In this document: one piece after another, positions 58,037-64,000 of the stretch
How positions within the stretch are numbered: the first letter of the stretch is position 1
Layout: each line of letters starts with the position of its first letter
NCBI GenBank assembly: GCA_964019425.1
Contig: OZ025796.1
Coordinates: forward strand, 682,001-746,000
Origin: Flectonema sp. DT1601
Taxonomy: Eukaryota
Direction of reading: 5' to 3'
DNA length: 64,000 nt
The notes under the pieces: generated by a model
Told to the model about the DNA's origin: nothing
Databases searched by the model: none
What the model saw: only the letters and a program-made list of their open reading frames with translations
Program-made: the position numbers and the translations under genes

Positions 58037-60879
58037 ACATAATCGCCGTTCCTTTTTATTTATATAGGTCAATGTGTCTATTAGTTTTCTGACGATATCA
58101 AATATTTCTATCCCTTTATCAGTTCTCACACCCCGTGTCTTCATCACAAGAAAACTTATATTTAAATTAAGTTAAAGAATGACTCTTTCATAATATGCCT
58201 TTCTTTTGATAATTTCTGTTTCATCAGAGGTGCAGAAGAATAAACCTGATACTACAGAATTATCAGAGAAGGCCTTAACGGCTGTTGTAACTGGTAGGTT
58301 CCAATCCTCTTTTCGAAGTCCCATTGACCACGATGGTGGGCATTTTGTTCTGAGTGGGGCGGGCACAGCCGCGGGTTCGGTCGTTATCCTCTCACGGCCT
58401 TGCAGTGCTTCATAGAAGGACTGTCCCTTCCTAGTTCATTCAGGTAATTTTCCACCAAGCTTAGCACCGGAAAGAAATAATTAAAGGAATCAGACAGAAA
58501 AGTGTATGATTCCGAAGTTGGAAAAATGAACAAAACAACAGACATTTTTTATATATTCTTTAGCCTTCTATTTTTCAAAAGAAATTCTTTATACAGCTCG
58601 ATCACTTCTTTCTCTCACACTCACGTTTTCGAAGAGCTGAGTCCAACGAAAACGGACTTCAGTTACCCCGCCGCAGCGAGCCACCTTGAACCAGGGTGTT
58701 CTTGCAATCGCACGTTCTAGTGTAATCGCTTGTTTTTGGTGCGTGTGTAGTTTTTAAGTTTTATTATTTCGACAGGTGCAAAGCATGGAAGGACAATTAC
58801 TCACCGCGGATTTCGCTGCGGGTTTCGGTTTAGTATTGGTGCCGCGCACCTTGCTCCACTGCTCACGTGCCTTCTCCTCAGCACTCTTTTTCGGGGCGCT
58901 CCTGCGACCTCAGCTGATCTACCCACCTTCATCTCTTCAAGAAATGTCTTAAAGAGGGAAAACAACCGGGCCTCATCAAGAGACCCGGCCGACTGTACTT
59001 GCATTTTAGGGGGGGGGGGGGTGTAGACAATCAATAAAGCAACAATAATCCTGATGGCGACGGGTGTGGCAGGGCTAATTACTCAAATGAATTGCAAAGG
59101 CCGGCCACAGGTTGGCTACAGTTTGTGGTGCTTTTAGGAAGAACGCACGGTCTCAACAGGTGTTTGATAACTGCCTTCCCCCAGTTATTGATTTGGATGT
59201 AGCCTTTAAAACAAAAAAACAGGACGTTGAAAATAAACCCTCTGCCACTGTTGGCAGGGGAATTTGAATGGTATGAATTAATTAAATTGAATGGTATGAA
59301 AATTGGCCCTTAAGGCAAGTAAGAAAGAAAAATAGAAGGAAGCAAATCAGAAACAGAAACTCGCACAGTGAAAGTAAAAATTAATCGGGATAACAATTAG
59401 GCAGCAGCGACCAATCAAGTTCATAATATTAACTAATTCGTTTATTCACAGGTTTGTATGGAAAATAATTAATGTGGATCGCATGCAATTTTTTTGGTTG
59501 AAGCAGTAGCTTTTTTATTTCAAGACTAAAACAACAAAAAGAACTGCCCAAGAAAGGCAAAGACACAAACCCATTTCTATTGATAGCACTAAAATTGTTC
59601 AGAAAGATAAAAATGGGTAACTTGAAATACTGGAACGAAGGGGGGAAACAGTAGACAAAAAAGATTAAATTCGATCTTTTTTTCTTCACTGCAATTCTCC
59701 CAATTCACAATTCGTTAGTAATTTAAAACTGCCATTTGCAAGGTTCCCACGGAAAGGTTCGCAGGCTTGCTTGATATCATGGCTGGTTTTATAAAAAGCA
59801 GGTATTGACAATCCTGTAAATCCCGGGCTACTGCTCGAATATTCGAACGAAGACTAACTTCATCAGGTGATGCAGTCTAGACGAGGATCAACTACAACTA
59901 AGGAGTTCCATCCAATCGTTGTAACAGTCAGTAGCCAGTGACCCCTGCGAGGTATGAGTGCAGTATTAAGAAACATGAACTCATGTTCACAACAGCGGGC
60001 TTCAGGGGGGCAAGACAAGTCCAGGGGAAAGCAACCACGGAACCTAATGGGCTTCCAGTTACGCATGAACTTTTGAACACGTAAGATCACTTTCTGTGAG
60101 CAACGTGTTCGATTCTGGAACAGTGGCACAATATCATCAAGCTGGTTCTACAGGCTGGTCTTGTGTACCGAATTCATCTCGGTCCAGAATCGAAACGATT
60201 GTTGTCTCGTTTGTAGCATTTCTGCATCCCGACCTGGCGCGGCTTGATAACTATCTGGATATTGAGGTTGTATCATTAATTTTAGAATAGAAAAGTGAGA
60301 ATAAGAAAAGTAGAGATCAATAAAAGAAAAGTATTCATTTCTGCAGTTTCCTAACATCAAAGGGTAATAGAATATGTAGTTTCAGGCCTTAATCTTATAC
60401 TGAATATTGAGGTTGTTAGCTCCAGATACATAAACGTGGTTCATATTTAGAGTCCAGACAAGGACATTCTCGGACTACCCCGTTCAGTTAGTATTAATGG
60501 TTATCAGTCAAAAGAAGGAGAGGGCGGGAAAATTCAATCGAATGCAAAAGTTCGTAGGACACAAACAAATAATGGTTGGTTTCGGGCTAAAATTAAAAAA
60601 TCTTTCTTCAGACCATTCCCCAGCCCTCTTCAGCGAAGAAAGTAAGGGACACTGCGGTGTCAGGCCTGTCCTACTCATCGCGTTTGCCCTTCTCAGCCAA
60701 GGGACTACGTCAACATGGTTATTTCTTTTACCATTTAACATACGGGACTACCCCGTTCAGTTAGGAAGGAATAGGAACTGTGGATCGGTATAATCTTGCC
60801 AGAGCGGAAGGAAGGAAGGGACTGCTGAAGTTTTTGTGGTTGCCTCGCTGCAAGGGTGTTATTGTTTTAGGGGCAGGTG

Positions 60880-61000
60880 AACTGGAAACCCCGGATCGGC
60901 ATGTCCTTAAAGCAGACGCTCTTGGGCAGACTCTCAGAGGTATTACGAAGGCCAATGGGTTGGCAATACCACGGTTTGTGGTGCCTCCAGGAAGAAAATG
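60880..61000 (+). pseudogene. RNase H relic of the YR element 2 family
   Basis: VLKADALGQTLRGITKA versus ILEADALGQTLKGIAKA. Confidence 0.7.
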
Positions 61001-61316
61001 GTGTGTTCATTCAAAGAAGAGACTGCAACAACAGACAGCAAGTTTTGTGCAAGGCTTTCTTGCTGAATCCAACATTTCTGCACAAATATTATATTCAACC
61101 CGAAGTATGGTATTTTGGATTTAAAAAAAATTATCCTTACATCTGTTAAGTCAAGGGGGAAATAAGGTTAAAAACACATCACCTGCTGGAACAAAATTGC
61201 TAAATGAGTTTCCGTACCGTAATTGATACAGTAGTAAAGTAACGAAAAACGAAGGCAGCTTTGCGGTGTAAATGTATAGCAGGGTTCAATATGATAGTTC
61301 CATGGAAATGGTAATC

Positions 61317-62460
61317 TTAAACACCATTATCCCGCAATACATCACCTACTTCATCGAAGAGCGGGCTGCTGTTTCTCACCTTTTCGATAAATGAAGAAAA
61401 AGACAACTCGTTATCAGGCAACACTGTCTTAACAATCGCGTGCAACTCCTTTCTGATGACGTGTGCAGAGCGGTCCGAAACTCCGCTGTGGTTCCTCGCA
61501 AGGTCAACGAAGTATTTTAAAACTATTTGGAGTTCGCTCACATGAATAGAAATCTGTTTTTCTTTTGTTTTACGAAGCAAACCAAAACATTATAAAGAAA
61601 TGGTCCAAATTGTTTTATCACCTCAAGGTTGACACTGTGCTGGGTTTGCATACCTGTCGCACACAAATAACGGTCACAATGAAGCGAAGGTACGAAGAAG
61701 CAGATTTTTCGAGCAGGTCCTCGATAGCTGCTTGTAATATGAAAGTGTAGGCAGTTGCATCGTCGTTGTCAAAGAGTCGGAAAACAATTTCCCACTCGTT
61801 GTGAAGATGATGTTCAGTACCTGCTTTGTAAGAAGAAATATAAGGAAGAGTAAACTCATCGAATGTACTCCTGAACTGAAATTTCGAAACTGACGAAATA
61901 AAGTCCACGAATTTGATTTTTGGATCATTTTTAGAAGAGATCACATTATACACTTCAGAAAGCGTTACTTTGTCAGTGTCAGCAGTGACTGTGTGCAATT
62001 CCTGTAATTTATAAATCATTTCCAGCACAGGAAATGATCCTTTCGTCGTGGTCACACATTCCTTTTTTTTATGTAGTTCACTTTCAACTAGTGCAATGGG
62101 TCCTCTGTGTGTCACTAACCTCTTTTGGACCCTCATTGGCGGGGTTGGGATGAGACATTTTGCGAGTGTTTCTATTTTAATTAACGGTTCGTAAATAAAA
62201 GTCTCAAATCGAGTACCGATGACTCTCTCAGTTCTGTAGAACGAAACGTCAGCGACATCTTTAAAACTCTCAGCTAGCTTTCGTCTTGCTGTCGAAGTTA
62301 AGTTGTCGGCCAATACTTTGACTTCTCTCTTATGATTATGAGTTCTCATACTCTTTGTTGATACAAATGTTCTAAAATTCATTAACTTTTCCCTGTTAAT
62401 AGGTTCTTTACTCATAACAAGTGTGTGGACCCCATCATGGAAGAGTTCAAGATTTACCAT
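61317..62460 (-). CDS. Hypothetical protein, two exons (intron 61554-61653), possible degenerate EF-hand motifs
   Basis: A GTATGC..CAG phase-0 intron joins two track ORFs in frame; VFRLFDNDD motif. Confidence 0.6.
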
Positions 62461-62696
62461 CTTTGGCACCGACGCTGAAGAAGAACAATTTTATCCAAAG
62501 AAAACTTCACCGACAAGGAGATGCGAGAAGGGTAAAACAAAGATGCCAGGTTGGTAGCCATCGTTGCGTCCATAGAAATGCCGCAAACTATCGAAGACGA
62601 ACCAGAAGAAAAGAAACTCAAAACAATAAACCTTAAGGCAAGTATGCGAAATCTCTCACCAAGTTTTCTTTTTAAAAACTCCAAACCTGAGTGACA

Positions 62697-64000
62697 TTAT
62701 TTCCTTGACTGCGGTCTCTTTGCTGTGCCGTTTTTCTTACGGTGTGACTCAGAAGAAGGGGACGGAGACACGTGAATTGCTCGACCATTTGGTGTACTCC
62801 CTCTCCCAGTTGGAGACGGTCTTTGTTCCGGAGTACGAGCAGATGAGCCTGAAGATGCGACTGAACGTCGGGGAGCTGGCTGCTTCATGTCAATGGAACG
62901 AGTTTCTGGAGAGAGGGCCTGACTGCTGCTACGTGAACGCTTCTTCTTTCTACGCCCTCCACTTGAATTGCCAGAGCTATCAGCCGAACTGTGAGCACTG
63001 TGAGTATAATGAGAAGATAACTGTCCTCGTGTTCCAGCTCGTGGTAATCCAATTGGAGGAGTAACTCCACTCGAACCCGATCCTGCAGAGAATGATCCTC
63101 CTCGACTTCCATCTTTCAAAGAAATATCTTTTAGAGTTCTCTCGGATACCTGACTTCTGCGTGCCTGCCAATTCATTAGCGACTTTCTCGGAGTTCCCCA
63201 TTGATCTAAGTCAGAAGACGGTGACTTCAAAGCTCCCTGTAATGGGCTAATGACCTGGATATTCACGTGCTTATCCAACACGTCTCCACGAGACTGTGCA
63301 GGTGGGACCATTCCTTCGGTCATTTTTTCCTTTTTGAGATCTTCTTTTTGGAGTTTTGGGGATTTCTCCTCGGGACCTTTCCCGGCGTAAGTTGACATTC
63401 GGCGGGTTTGATCCGATTGTGGCACCACCAACATCATAACGGCGCTGTGCAGTTTTCCAGCCATACTCTTCGTAAATCCTTTGCGAAGAACCCAAAAGAC
63501 TGAGAAGCCTGCAGCAGCAGCACACAATAAGATCCCAATAATAAAGGGGACTAACGCCTGCTCTGATGGGGTAACGACGAAGGTTACTTCTGAAGAGCAA
63601 CTGCTATCTAAACCATGGTCTTTACCCTGACATTTCCAACAAGTAAAGGACGCTTGGAAAGCATTGTTCCAGGATCGTTCCATGTGTTTGAGTGACAGCA
63701 GTCGAAGCTTATCCATAGCAGCAGGAGGGCTGCTCAACTCAGAAAGTGTCAACATCGGCCAAGCTGCAGAGATAGCAGACTGACACACTTCCCCGGGATA
63801 AGGTTTATGCAGAGTTGAAGTCCCATTGGAACCGTTTGAAATGCACCTAACTTCATCCCACAACAGCACATCCATCCCGTCTATTGACACGACTACGTTT
63901 GCTGCTACTCTAGGCGATCCAATTTTAACACCCAGACAACCACTGTAGTCTGCTTCAGTAATCTCAACCACTCGAATGGGTGGTACGCACTGCAACTCAC
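62697..64000 (-). CDS. C-terminal part of a single-pass membrane protein with a Ser-rich tail (open at the window end)
   Basis: Long ORF; hydrophobic segment ALVPFIIGILLCAAAAGFSVFWVL followed by RK. Confidence 0.7.
   Translation of the reverse strand, partial: ELQCVPPIRVVEITEADYSGCLGVKIGSPRVAANVVVSIDGMDVLLWDEVRCISNGSNGTSTLHKPYPGEVCQSAISAAWPMLTLSELSSPPAAMDKLRLLSLKHMERSWNNAFQASFTCWKCQGKDHGLDSSCSSEVTFVVTPSEQALVPFIIGILLCAAAAGFSVFWVLRKGFTKSMAGKLHSAVMMLVVPQSDQTRRMSTYAGKGPEEKSPKLQKEDLKKEKMTEGMVPPAQSRGDVLDKHVNIQVISPLQGALKSPSSDLDQWGTPRKSLMNWQARRSQVSERTLKDISLKDGSRGGSFSAGSGSSGVTPPIGLPRAGTRGQLSSHYTHSAHSSADSSGNSSGGRRKKKRSRSSSQALSPETRSIDMKQPAPRRSVASSGSSARTPEQRPSPTGRGSTPNGRAIHVSPSPSSESHRKKNGTAKRPQSRK

Larger units (their letters stand above)
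52840..58173 (+). mobile_element. Tyrosine-recombinase retrotransposon 2 (VIPER/TATE-like), degenerate; boundaries approximate
   Basis: gag-like, YR and RT-RNase H frames; repeat A at 52840-52903 and 58061-58173. Confidence 0.8.

Noticed and set aside
58200..60460. Short ORFs in AT-rich sequence
   Set aside because: No recognisable motifs apart from tiny YR-element relics near 59050-59175

Overview
Eukaryotic DNA, very likely a diplonemid (Euglenozoa). The evidence is a near-complete diplonemid-type spliced leader at 15594-15631, an 18S rRNA fragment with the euglenozoan CAGCACCCGCGG variant, and GT-AG introns. About 1-37 kb and 47-61 kb are nested retroelement clusters. They hold two tyrosine-recombinase (DIRS/VIPER/TATE-like) retrotransposons, several families of APE-RT-RNase H non-LTR elements (here called A, A', B, C, D), a TIR element, a TA-flanked MITE, a tRNA-Gln gene and tRNA-like relics. 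A host gene island at 38-46.5 kb carries ELF1, three tandem Alba-NDK fusion genes and an acyltransferase-3 gene; two more host genes lie at 61-64 kb. The most striking feature is LINE-C (15594-21467). It begins with a genomic copy of the spliced leader, sits 10 bp from a tRNA 5' end, and has an ATG-less ORF2 joined in frame to ORF1 through UGA-CUG followed by a 2A-like GDIHPNPGP motif. All calls are by eye; no database searches were run.
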